The notes under the pieces are model-generated. The model ran no database searches. It saw nothing but the letters and a program-made list of their open reading frames with translations, and was not told where the DNA came from. A stretch of DNA of 64,000 bases from contig NC_042997.1 of assembly GCF_006345805.1 (NCBI RefSeq), positions 185,938,001 through 186,002,000 on the forward strand. The letters are read 5' to 3'. The stretch is from Octopus sinensis. Its lineage: Eukaryota. Below, piece after piece: positions 23,832 through 36,300 of this stretch; within the stretch, counting starts at the first letter, position 1; each line of letters opens with the position of its first letter. The position numbers were made by a program, and so were the translations under genes.

Positions 23832-23868
<37 letters not shown>

Positions 23869-23929
23869 AATTAAAGTTAACGCTATACCACTTTGTAATA
23901 GTCCTTATTTATTATTATTGTTGATACAC

Positions 23930-23962
<33 letters not shown>

Positions 23963-24124
23963 GACAAACGAAAGTTCTTTATCACTATGTCACTTCTCTT
24001 TCTTATTACCACGCTATATTCAACAAACGCTTCGTTCTGAAACATATGTATATATGTTGAGTTCTACACCGTGTTATTCATCTCGCAATGCCATATATAT
24101 ATATATATATATAATATATATATA

Positions 24125-24195
<71 letters not shown>

Positions 24196-25839
24196 CACAC
24201 ACACATATATATATGTATTATATTATATTATATTATATTATATTATATTATATTATATTATATGTCGAATTTATGGATTGAATTGGATTTCGTACTTGCA
24301 TATTTCGAGTATCCTCCAACACTCAATGTATTCAATGTTGTTTATTTCAATGCAGGCTCTGTGTTTTCATACCTAGCCATTTCTGGCGCCCTATGAGTTG
24401 ATGTGCCTTGATACTTATGAATCCATAAAAAAAATTATTCATATATACATATGTGTGTGCATGTGTACGTTTGTGTGTAAATTTGTATGTATGTATATAA
24501 GTATGTATATTTGTCACTCCATTACCTTCTAATATGTTAAATATTCTTTACACTGAAAGAAAGAAGGTTACACATTGCGCTGGGAGGCATGTTAGTAGAT
24601 TACAAGACCCTTAGTAACATGATTATGACCTGTTTTAAACAATTCTGAAGGGACTAATCGCAAAGTCAAATGCGGTGGAACTAGAAATTAGAACATGAAA
24701 GGGTGTAACTAAATACTGTATTGCCACCCTTAATGTTTTCAAATTTATGCGCATGGGTGTAAATTTGTAGGGTGGGAGATAGTCAATTTAACCAAAGCAA
24801 CACCGTTGAAGTATTGTTGCAGCATTCTGTTTAATGCACCGTTGCCCTATTCGAGAGGAGCAAAGGCAAAATTGACAAAGGCGGGATTGGAATTCATCAA
24901 GTAAAAGTGTTCTAATTAAATGCCATAAGGCGTTTTCCACCCCTGCGTTGATTCTCATATTCATCATCCTTTGTTGTTGCTGTAATTGTTGTTGATGATG
25001 ATGATGATATGATGATGATGATGATGAGGAGGAGGAGGAGAGGAGGAGGAGGAGGAGGAGGAGGAGGAGGAGGAAGACAGCAACGACCTCGACGAAAATA
25101 CTGTGATAATGAGGAAGATGGCGAAGAGGATGATAGTGATGACTTTTATTATTATCATCAATAATATTAATACGCTTTTTGTTTTTGCACGTATCTGTGG
25201 TGTGTGTCACACTTCAAATAAGTGACAAAACGAGAGAGAGGGCAGAGAGGAAGTAAGAGAGAAAGAGAGAGATAGAGTAAGAGAGAAGGAGAGAGTGTGA
25301 GAGAAAGAAAGTGAGGAAAGAGACAGTGAGTGGTGACGGCGTTCTTTTTCAGAGAGGACTTAAGAGAGAAAGAAAGAGAGTGAGAGAGAGAAAGTGAGTG
25401 AGAAAGAGAGAGAGTGAAAGAGACAGTGGGTGGTGACGGCGTTCATCGCATGAGAAGTAGATACATAGATACACATTGTTAAATCAAAACCGGAAGAGAA
25501 GAGAAACACAAAGGAAGTGAACAAGAAAAAGAGAGTGAGAGAGACAGTAGATCTTACTTTTGAAGGCAACTAAAAGAATTCCAGCCAATTTCTTTATTAA
25601 CCATGATGTTGAGAAAAAAGGGGACGATACGAGGACAGACAAAACATTGGTCGAGACAAAGGCAAAGCAACAGGTAAGAAGAGAGAGAGAGAGAGGTGAA
25701 AACTTCGTTGTGGACTATCTGACACTTATTGTCTGACTGTCTGTCTGCCTCTCTCTTTAGGTATGTGTTTGTACATGTTTGTGCATGTATGTGTATGTTT
25801 GTATGTATATGATTGTGCGCTGGATCTCTCTCGGCATAC

Positions 25840-26106
25840 TAGCAAACCCCCAAAGAATTCCTCTCAACACATGGCTATGACGCTCCCCCACTACTTCTGC
25901 TCCTGATCAGAGATGCAAATACCATCAGCCACTAAGGGATATGCTCAATTGGTTAGGTCAAACAACTGACAAGCAAATCTGTGGTATTGAGCAGAATATT
26001 TGCTGCAGCCCATCTTTTAAACCAAGACAAAACAGCGTACATGATAACACTTCCAATCAGTTAAGATCAGAAGCCATGAGAGCCACTGCCTGGTACTGCA
26101 TCAGGG

Positions 26107-26171
<65 letters not shown>

Positions 26172-26187
26172 ATTATTATTATTATTA

Positions 26188-26231
<44 letters not shown>

Positions 26232-26277
26232 TATTTATATTATATATTATTATTATTATTATAATATATTATTATTA

Positions 26278-26323
<46 letters not shown>
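25840..26323 (+). mobile_element. Probable 3' end of a LINE/SINE with a long (ATT)n tail
   Basis: Non-simple sequence ends ...GGTACTGCATCAGGGC and runs directly into about 220 bp of (ATT)n. The family assignment is from recall. Confidence 0.5.
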
Positions 26324-26325
<2 letters not shown>

Positions 26326-26535
26326 GGCGGCGAGGCGAGGCAGAATCGTTAGCACGCCAGGCAAAAATGCTTAGCGCCATTTCGTCTGTCTGCACGTTCT
26401 GAGTTTAAATTTCAAGATCGACTTTGCCTTTCATCCTTTTGGGGTCAATAAGATAAGTATCAGTCGAACGCTGAGGTCGATGAAATCGACTAGTCCCCTC
26501 TCCGTGAATTTCAGGCCTTGTGTCTTTAGACGAAA
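26324..26535 (+). mobile_element. SINE family A
   Basis: AAGGCGGCGAGG...GTTAGCACGCC head plus body. Confidence 0.85.
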
Positions 26536-26882
26536 GGATTATATTTATGATCATTACATTGTGTTAGAATATCAGAATCCGTCGAACGTCAGAAAAAAAA
26601 AAAAACGACCGACGCTCATTACTTACATGAACATTTCTTCTGTTCTAAGAGATTATTGTGTCCCATGTTAACAAGCGGTTTTAGGAAACTGGCATAATCC
26701 TTTATTCTATATAACTGTTCCATCAAATTAAAAGTTGTGTATTTACCAGCCATGTGATGAGAAACGGTTGAAAGCCAACAAAAGGAAGGTATACACACTT
26801 GTAAATAGATGTCAGTACAGATACCTGCAGATGAATTAAATAAAAGTGGCCGGCGAGTCAATCAGGAAACATATATGTAGTT

Positions 26883-27088
26883 AAGGTGGCGAGCTGGCAG
26901 AAACGTTAGCACGCCTGCGAAATGTTCTGAGTTCAAATTCCACCGAGGTCGACTTTGCCTTTCATCCTTTCGGGGTCGATAAATTTAGTATCAGTTACGC
27001 ACTGGGGGCGATGTAATCGACCTAATCTCTTTGTCTGTCCTTGTTTGTCCCCTCTATATTTAACCCCTTGTGGGCAATAAAAAAATAG
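26883..27088 (+). mobile_element. SINE family A
   Basis: Near-consensus with a short internal deletion. Confidence 0.88.
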
Positions 27089-28082
27089 GGAACATATATG
27101 CAGTTCTTTCACCTGCCAGAAATATCAACAAAATCTTCCTTCAAATATTGTTCTACTATTTTAAAAATTGCTGAACATATTTGATAACTCAATTCTAGAT
27201 ATAATATATCAGAAAAAATATACACGAGTTTAACGACTAGAACTGAAGTCTAAAGATAAAAATTCATGCAAAGATGAACAGTAAGCACAATACAAAGCAG
27301 AGAAGAAACATAATACTTCAAAAGTTAAGTACAAACATGCAAATATACTCACGCATTTCTACAAAAATATCAATATATTTACACGTGTACAAACACTAGT
27401 ATAGGCACATACATGTGTACGAACACACAAGTATATTCACAGATATGTGCACAAATGTCAATATACACCCACATATGTACAAAAATATCAATATAGCTAT
27501 AGATATGAACAAAATATCGAAAACAACACATGAACACAACCTCGAATCACAAGAAAACATTACAGGAAAAGACCCAAAGATCTATAATTATTTTCCTTCT
27601 CACATTCATAATCTGACGGTAAATTTAAATAGCAAATTTACACGCAAGCATCTCATACATACAATACACAGAATTGACCAAAATAACTAATAAGCACTAT
27701 GTAAATTATATGCACAGAATCTGGCAATACAATATTAACGGCCTAAAAATGCACTAACGGCCTTTAAAATTCCCATTAATAGCCTAAAAACCCCTTTGTA
27801 GAACGAAAACAATTCATCTTCGTACAAGACTTTCTATTATATTATATATCTCTTTTGTGCAAGAACCAACATTATGAACCTAACAGAGGGACCCGCAAAT
27901 TCGAAATTATACATCGATAAGGCATGACGGATTATTCTGTGAAGCTAACCTCATGATATATACAAATATTAGGAATCCAGCAAATAAATACAACCCTCTT
28001 CAATAACACTCCTGATATGAAAATATTCAAAATAAGTATAATGATTCAATGTATATTGATATTATCGATATACATACAATCT

Positions 28083-29140
28083 AAGGCGGCGACCTGGTAG
28101 AGACGTTAGTATGCCGGGCGAAATGCGTAGCCGTATTTCGTCTGTCTTTACGTTCTGAGTTCAAATTCCGCCGAGGTCACTTTGCCTTTCATCCTTTTGG
28201 GGGTCGATTAAATAAGTACCAGTTACGTACTGGTGTCGATATAATCGACTTAATCCGTTTGTCTGTTCTTGTTTGTCCCCTTTGTGTGTAGCCCCTTGTG
28301 GGCAGTAAAGAAATAGGTATTTCGTCTGCCGTTACGTTCGGAGTTCAAATTCCGCCGAGGTCGACTTTGCCTTTCATCCTTTCGGGGTCGATAAATTAAG
28401 TACCATTTACACACTAGTGTCGATCTAATCGATTTAATCCGTTTGTCTGTCCTTGTTTAGCCCCTTGCGGGCAGTAAAGAAATAAGAAACGTTAGCACGG
28501 CGGGCGAAATGCTTAATAGTATTTCGTCTGTCTCAACGTTCTGAGTTCAAATTCCGCGGTGGTCGACTCTGCCTTTCATCTTTTCGAAATCGATAAATAA
28601 AGTACCAGTTACGCACTGGGGTCGATGTAATCGACACAATCCATTTGTCTGTCCTTGTTTGTCCACTCTATGTTTAGCCTCTTGTGGGCAATAAAGAAAT
28701 AAAAAATGTTAGCACGCTGGGTGAAATGCTTAGCAGTATTTCGTATGCCGTTACGTTCTGAGTTCAAATTCCGCTGTGGTCGACTTTGCCTTTCATCCTT
28801 TCGGAGCCAATAAATTAAATACCAGTTGTGTACTGGGGTCGATCTAATCGACTGTCCCCCTCCCCGCAAATTTCGGGCTTGTGCCTAGAGTAGAAAAGAT
28901 TATCAATATACATACAATCTGAGGCGGCAAGCTAGCGGAAATTGTTAGCACGCTAGGCAAATTGTTTAGCAGCATTTCGTCCGTCTTTACGCTCTGAGTT
29001 CAAATTTCACTGTGGTCGACATTGCCTTTTATCCTACGGAGTCGATAAAATAAGTACCAGCTGAAAACTGGGGTTGACGTAATCGCCTAACCCCCACTCC
29101 CGAAATTGCTGTCCCTGTGCCAAAATTTGAAACCACTCTT
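28083..29140 (+). mobile_element. Head-to-tail multimer of SINE family A units, followed by another copy (28920-29140)
   Basis: The GTTCTGAGTTCAAATTCCGC body recurs at about 28150, 28335, 28540, 28755 and 28990. Confidence 0.88.
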
Positions 29141-29271
29141 GACGTTCTCTGTTATCCACTTTACACACATAGGTGAATGCGTGGCTATGTTAAGAACCTT
29201 TCTTCCCGACCACATGGTTCTGGGTTCATTCCCCCTGCGTGGCACCTTGGGTAAGTGTCTTCTGCTGTAGC

Positions 29272-30093
29272 ATAAATTGACCTTAAACTCTGCTGTACAT
29301 GCACACTAAGTTTTAACGTTTTAGCTTACTTCCGCAGTTTACAGCAGTGCTTGGAAGGAAGGTGTGTAGCGTGTGATCGTCGGATTGACCATGACAGAGG
29401 AAGTTGAGCAGAAAAGCTGCATGAAATCTTTTCAAAAACTTGGTGACACCAGCTCAGAGGCCTACGCAAGGTTTTCAAGAAGTCTTCATCGTTCGCGACA
29501 CAATCAAGGAGATCTTGTGCGACTGAAACCCGAGTGTCTTTTTGGTCAGCTGGTAGCAGTTTTGGCACAAACTTGGCAGGCACGCGTCTCATACAAAAAT
29601 CTTCAGTGATATTGGACTGAATTGAACCGTAACTTATCTGCGCATCCTCTGATAACTCACAGATGGTGATTCAAAGACTTTTCCTCACAGCTGCACGCAC
29701 ATCTGCTGTTTTTTTTTCAGTTCTGCTGGTTGCAGGTCTCCCAGAACGTTTGTCACTATCTACATTTTTACGGCCATCTTGGAAATGTCTGAACCACACG
29801 TACATTTGTGTGCGGCTCATACATTCCTCTCCATACACTTTTAGCAACCTTGCGTAGTCCTCTGAGCAGATATCACCACAACAACTTTCTCTGTTATGGT
29901 CAATGTGACGATCACACGCTACACACCTTCCTTCGAAACACTGCTGTAGACAGCGGAAGTGAGCTAGAATATTATAACTTAGGGCACATGCACAGCAGAG
30001 TTCATGGTCAATCTTTGTCGAGCGCCTTTAATCTGCGTGTTTTAGCTTCGTTATTATGGCAACAGTCCGGATATTTATTGATCAGACGTCGTA
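29272..30093 (-). mobile_element. Mariner derivative with an inverted duplication of its 5' region
   Basis: TIR TACGACGTCTGATCAATAAATATCCGGAC on the minus strand ends at 30093 next to TA. Minus-strand translation gives LLKVYGEECMSRTQMYVWFRHFQDGRKNVDSDKRSGRP and MRRVPAKFVPKLL...DQK..RV...DLL...DEDFLK. About 29272-29470 is an inverted copy of about 29840-30025. Confidence 0.85.
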
Positions 30094-30099
30094 TACTCA

Positions 30100-30440
30100 A
30101 ATTCAATGTCTTCTGTTTACATAACCTTCGCGTACCTCCTCAAAACATAGGCGGATGACATCACAGACGCATATCACAACATTACAGACACAGCAGTACA
30201 GTTTTGCCAAACTTACACCAGCCACCAAGAAACCTGGCTACAAACCAAAACGATTAGAAGCACCTGCCAAATCTCGCTATCTCTCTTCTTACCAACTAGA
30301 ACAGTGAACCCCAATTACAACCAATTATCATGCTCAAAGGTACACAGAACTTGGAAATGTTTGGAATTATATACAACACCTCTACAACATTCCTAGCGCA
30401 TGTAAAACACAGTCAAGAACAAGCAAAAAAAAACTACATA
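30100..30440 (+). pseudogene. Decayed LINE reverse transcriptase fragment
   Basis: LLKT*ADDIT (YADD motif with TAG, 30148-30165) followed by ETWLQ and downstream RT-like spacing. Confidence 0.5.
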
Positions 30441-30561
30441 TAAATACACGCATAGTTGTTACAGTTGTTAGCAGCATTTCGTCCATTTTAACGTTCTGAG
30501 TTCAAATTCTGCCGTGGTCGACTTTGCCTTTCATCTTTTCCAGATCGATAAAATAAATACC

Positions 30562-30799
30562 TATTTCTTTACTACCCACAAGGGGCTAAACACAGAGGAG
30601 ACAAACAAGGACAGACAGACGGATTAAGTCGATTATATCAACCCCAGGGTGTAACTGGTACTTAATTTATCGACCCCAAAAGAATGAAAGCAAAGTCGAC
30701 CTCGGCGGAATTTGAACTCAGAACGTAACGGCAGACGAAATACTGCTAAGCATTTCACCCGGCGTGCTAACGTTTCTGCCAGCTCGCCGCCTTAAAATA
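30562..30799 (-). mobile_element. SINE family A nested in another family A copy (+, about 30465-30895)
   Basis: 20-bp target-site duplication AGATCGATAAAATAAATACC at 30542-30561 and 30800-30819. Confidence 0.9.
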
Positions 30800-30934
30800 A
30801 GATCGATAAAATAAATACCAGCTGAAAACAGGGGTTGATGTAATCAAATTGCTTCCTCTCCCTAAATTACTGGCATTTGACTAAAATTTGAAACTACTGT
30901 CGACGTTCACCGTTATCCATTTACAGATATAGGC

Positions 30935-31082
30935 CTAGGCGTGGCTGTGGGGTAAGAACCTTTTTTCCCAATCGCATGGTAGCGGGTTCAGTCCCACTGC
31001 GTAGCACCTTGGGCAAGTGTCTTCTGCTATAGCCTCGGACCGACTAAAGTCTTGTGGGTGGATTTGGTAGACAGAAACTGAA
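30935..31082 (+). mobile_element. SINE family B, 5' half
   Basis: GGCGTGGCTGTGGGGTAAG...CCTTGGGCAAGTGTCTTCTGCTATAGCC. Confidence 0.8.
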
Positions 31083-32094
31083 ACATTCCCCACTCTGCAC
31101 TCAAAAAAGAAATACGTCAGTGTACAAATAGTATGTTCGATCCGGAATGGGACTCTTCGGCGTCGCTGTTTTGATGCGGATGATTTGGCACGGCTGAGTG
31201 GACGTTCAGCCTCTTTGACGACATTACATTTTGGTGCCGGAGGCAAATACACATACGCGCACACACGCGCACGCACGCACGCACACACACACACACTTAT
31301 ACATACACGCATACACATACATGCATGACTGCAGAGAAATATACACAAATAGAAAGTGTGTATGTGTGAGAGAGAGGGTGAGTAGAGAGAGAGAGAAGGA
31401 GAGAGAGAGAGAGAGAGAGAGACATTGCTATTTATTAATTGAACATGATTGAAATAAATATTTACTCTCTCCCCATGGCACAAAAAATAATATGCTCGCA
31501 TACTTAAACAGAGAGGGAGGGGTGAGAGGGGTGAGAGACTGAGAGAGAGAGAGAAAGAGAGAGGGAGAGAGACATAATTTATTAAATAAATAGGACTGAC
31601 ATAAACACTTACCCTTTCGTGATACACATAACGGAAATATGCTCATACTTAAAACAAATAGGAGTGAGAGAGAGAGAGAGAGGGAGAGAGAAAGAATGAG
31701 AGATAGAAAGGAAGTGAGAGGGAGGGAGAGAATGAGAGAGGGAGAGAATGAGAGAGGGAGAGGGGTGAGAGGGAGGGAGGGAGAGAATGGGAGATAGAGA
31801 GGAGTTGAGAGGGAGGAAGTGAATGAGAGATAGAGAGAGATAGATTCATTACAATTGATGTAAATACGTTCCCTCTCCTCACAAACAGCAAAAAAAAATG
31901 TTCTCACGCATAAAAACACCAGGAGAATGTGAAAAACATTAAAACATCTGATATCAAACAAGACAGCGTTGAATCAAATACGCCAAATAAGGCGCACCAG
32001 AATGACTGTGCCAAAACGTCTCATACGCCGTTCGAGGTACCTTGGATTGTGCTAATCTTGCTTGGTTGATTCCAATTTCTGCACAATAAAATAT

Positions 32095-32234
32095 CATGGT
32101 TCCGGGTTCAGTCCCACTGCGTGGCATCTTGGGCAAATGTCTTCTGCTATAGCCTCGGGCCGACCAATGCCTTGTGAGTGGATTTGGTAGACGGAAACTG
32201 AAAGAAGCCTGTCGTATATATGTATATATATAAT

Positions 32235-32284
<50 letters not shown>

Positions 32285-32516
32285 ATGTATGTATGTATGT
32301 GTGTGTGTTTGTGTGTCTGTGTTTGTTCCCCTAGCATTGCTTGACAACCGATGCTGGTGTGTTTACGTCCCCGTCACTTAGCGGTTCGGCAAAAAGAGAC
32401 CGATAGAGTAAGTACTGGGCTTACAAAAAGAATAAGTCCCGGGGTTGAGTTGCTCGACTAAAGGCGGTGCTCCAGCATGGCCGCAGTCAAATGACTGAAA
32501 CAAGTAAAAGAGTAAA
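32095..32516 (+). mobile_element. SINE family B, 5'-truncated
   Basis: Matches 7795-8373 and 61163-61575. Confidence 0.88.
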
Positions 32517-32539
32517 GTATTATTAATTGGAAATCTATG

Positions 32540-33706
32540 GCAGCGAGGTAGCAGAGTCGTTAGCACGCCAAGCAAAATGATCAGCAGTATTTCGTCCCTC
32601 CTTACGTTCGGAGTTCAAATTCCACCGAGGTCGACTTTGCCTTTCATCCGTTCGGAGTTAATAAGTTAAATACCAGTTACGCACTGAGGTCGATGTAATC
32701 GACTTAATCTCTTTGCCTGTTCTTGTTTGTCCCCTATATATTTAGTCCCCCTGTGGGCGGGTGAAATGCTTAGCAGTATTTCGTCTTTCTTTACGTTCTG
32801 AGTTCAAATTCCGCCGAGGTCGACTTTGCCTTTCATCCTTTCGGAGTCAATAAGTTAAGTACCAGTTGCGCACTGAGGATGATGTCATCGACTTAATCCC
32901 TTTGTCTGTTCTTGTTTGTCCCCTATATATTTAGTTCCACCGAGGGCGGGTGAAATGCTTAGCAGTATTTCGTCTTTCTTTACGTTCTGAGTTCAAATTC
33001 CGCCGAGGTCGACTTTGCCTTTCATCCTTTCGGAGTCAATAAGTTAAATACCAGTTACGCACTGAGGTCGATGTAATCGACTTAATCCCTTTGTCTGTTC
33101 TTGTTTGTCCCCTATATATTTAGTCCCCCTGTGGGCGGGTGAAATGCTTAGCAGTATTTCGTCTTTCTTTACGTTCTGAGTTCAAATTCCGCCGAGGTCG
33201 ACTTTGCCTTTCATCCTTTCGGAGTCAATAAGTTAAAATACCAGTTACGCACTGAGGTCGATGTAATCGACTTAATCCCTTTGTCTGTTCTTGTTTGTCC
33301 CCTATATATTTAGTCCCCCCGTGGGCGGGTGAAATGCTGAGCGGTATTTCGTCTTTCTTTACGTTCTGAGTTCAAATTCCGCCGAGGTCGACTTTGCCTT
33401 TCATCCTTTCGGAGTCAATAAGTTAAATACCAGTTACGCACTGAGGTCGATGTAATCAACTTAATCCCTTGGTCTGTTCTTGTTTGTCCCCTATATATTT
33501 AGTCCCCCTGTGGGCGGGTGAAATGCTTAGCAGTATTTCGTCTTTCTTTACGTTCTGAGTTCAAATTCCGCCGAGGTCGACTTTGCATTTCATCCTTTCG
33601 GAGCCAATAAATTAAATACCAGTTGTGTACTGGAGTCGATCTAATTGACGGGACCCCTCCCCCCCCCCAGAAATTTCGGGCCTTGTGCCTAGAGTAGAAA
33701 AGATTA
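32540..33706 (+). repeat. SINE-A-derived tandem array: one head unit plus five 189-190-bp units
   Basis: GGGCGGGTGAAATGCT recurs at 32755, 32944, 33133, 33323 and 33512. Confidence 0.92.
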
Positions 33707-33964
33707 TAATCCATTATTTTATTTGCCCACGAAAGCCCAATTTAACCCGAATTTGGACTAACAATGAAAGAATCTAAAACCGAGAACCCAGCACATTATT
33801 TTCTTAACCATCTGACTATTATGTAAAACCGAAAGTGATGCTGCTAGCATGCCACGATGTTGTTATCAATGGTTATTTTTTTATATTGCTGTTGCTGTTG
33901 CCGCTGGCGATTGTTTTCGCATTTGCTGTAGGAATGATGGAGGAGCTGCGGTGACAGTGTAGCA

Positions 33965-34151
33965 GATGGCGGTGGTGGTGGTTCGGGTATGTAGGGGGGG
34001 GCGATTGAGCATACTAATGATAACAGTTGTATGGAAGCAGGGGGTGGTGGTGGTGGTGGTGGTGGTGGTGGTAGTATTTGTGTTGGTAATGTCAATAGTA
34101 GTAGTACTAGTGGTAGTAGTAGTAGTAGCCATGTTGTTGCTACTGTTGTTG

Positions 34152-34183
<32 letters not shown>

Positions 34184-34405
34184 GGTGGTGGTGGTTGTGG
34201 TGATGGTGCTGGTGGTGGTGGTGGTGATGGTGGTGGTGGTGGTGGTGGTGGTGGTGGTGGTGGTGGTGGTGATGGTGGTGGTGGTGGTGGTGGTGGTGGT
34301 TGGTGGTGGTGGTGGTTGGTGGTGGTGGTGGTGGTGGTGGTGGGTGGTGGTGGTGGTGGTGGTGGTGGTGGGTGGTGGTGGTGGTGGTGGTGGTGGTGGT
34401 GGTGT
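33965..34405. repeat. (GGT)n repeat
   Basis: Direct inspection. Confidence 0.95.
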
Positions 34406-34750
34406 TAACTCACAGGTCAACTCTGATCAAGCAGATCAATGGCACGTTAAGTTAATTAGTTGGATGAACGACCAAATACGATGTTGTTTTTTTTTAATTA
34501 TTCTGATGTTTGTTTCGTAGTCATCGTCGTCGTCGTCCTTTTGCTGCTGCTGCTTGTTGTGTAGCCCAAGTTCAAACTTGTCTGACCAGGCATTGCGATC
34601 AAAGCCATTCCATTCATGACCATCCTTAAAGCGATGGTCCAGCATGGCCGCAGTCCAGTGACTGAAAACTCAGGAAGAATAAATACCATCTTTTTTTTTT
34701 TTCTGTTATTGATATGAAGGACTATAATATCGGATATGTACTCTCAATAT

Positions 34751-35086
34751 GTGACGGCGCATGGCTTAGTGGTTAGAGCGTAGTATTTACGATCGTGATG
34801 TTGTGAGTTCGATTCCAGACCGGGCTGTGTGTTGTGTTCTTGAGCAAGACACTTTATATCACGTTGCTCCAGTTCACTCAGCTGTAGAAATGAGTTGCGA
34901 CATCACTGGTGCCAAGCTGTATCGGCCCCTTTGCATTTCCCTTGGATAACATCAGTGGTGTGGAGAGGGGAGGCTGGTATGCATGGGAGACTGCTACCCT
35001 TCCACAAACAATCTTGCCCTGATTTGTACCTCGGAGGATAACTTTCTAGGTGCAATCCCATGGTCATTCATGACCGAAGGGGTCTC
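34751..35086 (+). mobile_element. tRNA-derived SINE family C1
   Basis: A box TGGCTTAGTGG, B box GAGTTCGATTCC, central TGTGTTCTTGAGCAAGACACTT...CTCAGCTGTAGAAATGAGT. Confidence 0.8.
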
Positions 35087-35114
35087 CCCCTAAACTCTCA
35101 ATATATAAAGCAGT

Positions 35115-35315
35115 ATAGGCGGCAAGCTGGGACAATTGTTAACACACCGGACAAAAGGCTTAGCGGTATTTTGTCCGGCTTTATACCCCCGAGTTCAAAT
35201 TCCGCCGAGGTCGACTTCGCCTTTCATCTTTTCGGGATCGATAAAATAAGTACGTAATCGAACTGTCCCTCTTCGAAAATTGCTGGCCTTGTGCCACAAT
35301 TTGAAACCAGTAATA
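35115..35315 (+). mobile_element. SINE family A, diverged
   Basis: GAGTTCAAATTCCGCCGAGGTCGACTTCGCC. Confidence 0.8.
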
Positions 35316-36076
35316 TAAAGCAGTCGGTTTAGTTTACATGTGTCTGTTATTTTTCATTTTGGGGAAAGGTGAGGACAATTTGGTTGCTATTTTTAGCTGC
35401 CTGAACGACCTCCGGGCATCCCTCCCTCACGGTGTTGATGCTTTGTTTTTGATAACGGTTGAAGGGAATGAGTTAATGATATTGGTTCCAGTCAGACAAA
35501 AACTTCCGAGATAGAAAGATGAGAAAATAATCAATAAAGCATTATAGAGTCCACCAGCCCCGTTTACCCGCCACCTCAATGAAATTTTATTTTATAGTTT
35601 ATTTTATTTCATGTTTCCATTATTTATTTATTTATTTATTAATTTATTTATTTTGTTTATTTTTATTCATCTCACTGACTTATCTCTTGTAAAATCAGGA
35701 AAAAATTATAGTTCAGTGAGATGATTGATACAAATATAGTCATTAATATTCCAGCCCCCTTCTTCCAGCTGTGGAGACTGTGACTTCAAGCCATCGGGGG
35801 GGGGGAGTGCCGATGGGGCAGAGTAGCGGTGGAGCGGGGAGGGGTGGGGTGAGGTAGTGTCGGGAGTGAGACACCAGGTGGCCATTAGGTCTGTTGGAAA
35901 CAAAAAACAACAGCTAAATATCCCTCCACTTAAATATCCTACCCTTTCTCGTCGGGACACATTCTGGTATGTGTTTCTGCGTTCGCGTTTGCGCTCCGAC
36001 TTAGTTGTATCAGGCAGTACGGGACGAAACCATATGAAGCCCTGATAGAAGTCCGAAGCACCTCTGACGTGCTTAT

Positions 36077-36300
36077 TTCATTACTACCCACAAGGGGCTA
36101 AACACAGAGGGGACAATCAAGGACAGACAAACGGATTAAGTCGATAATATCGATCCCAGTGCCTAACCGGTACTTATTTAATCGACCCCGAAAGGATGAA
36201 AGGCAAAGTCGACCTCGGCTGAATTGGAACTCAGAACGTAACGGCAGACGAAATACGGCTACGCTTCTCACCCGGCGGGTTAACGTTTCTGCCAGCTCGC
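36077..36300 (-). mobile_element. SINE family A
   Basis: Near-consensus reverse complement. Confidence 0.88.

Noticed and set aside
24360-24430. Minus-strand GTSTHRAPEM resembling the kinase APE motif
   Set aside because: A short chance match with a weak acceptor and no other kinase subdomains in the window.
25551-25673. Open frame ending in a strong donor CAG|GTAAGA on +
   Set aside because: No pyrimidine-rich acceptor upstream (purine repeat) and no homology.
36020-36060. GGGAC-GAAA...CTGATAGA-AGTCC, resembling a type II hammerhead
   Set aside because: The core is not CUGANGA and the 12-nt spacer cannot form helices I and III.
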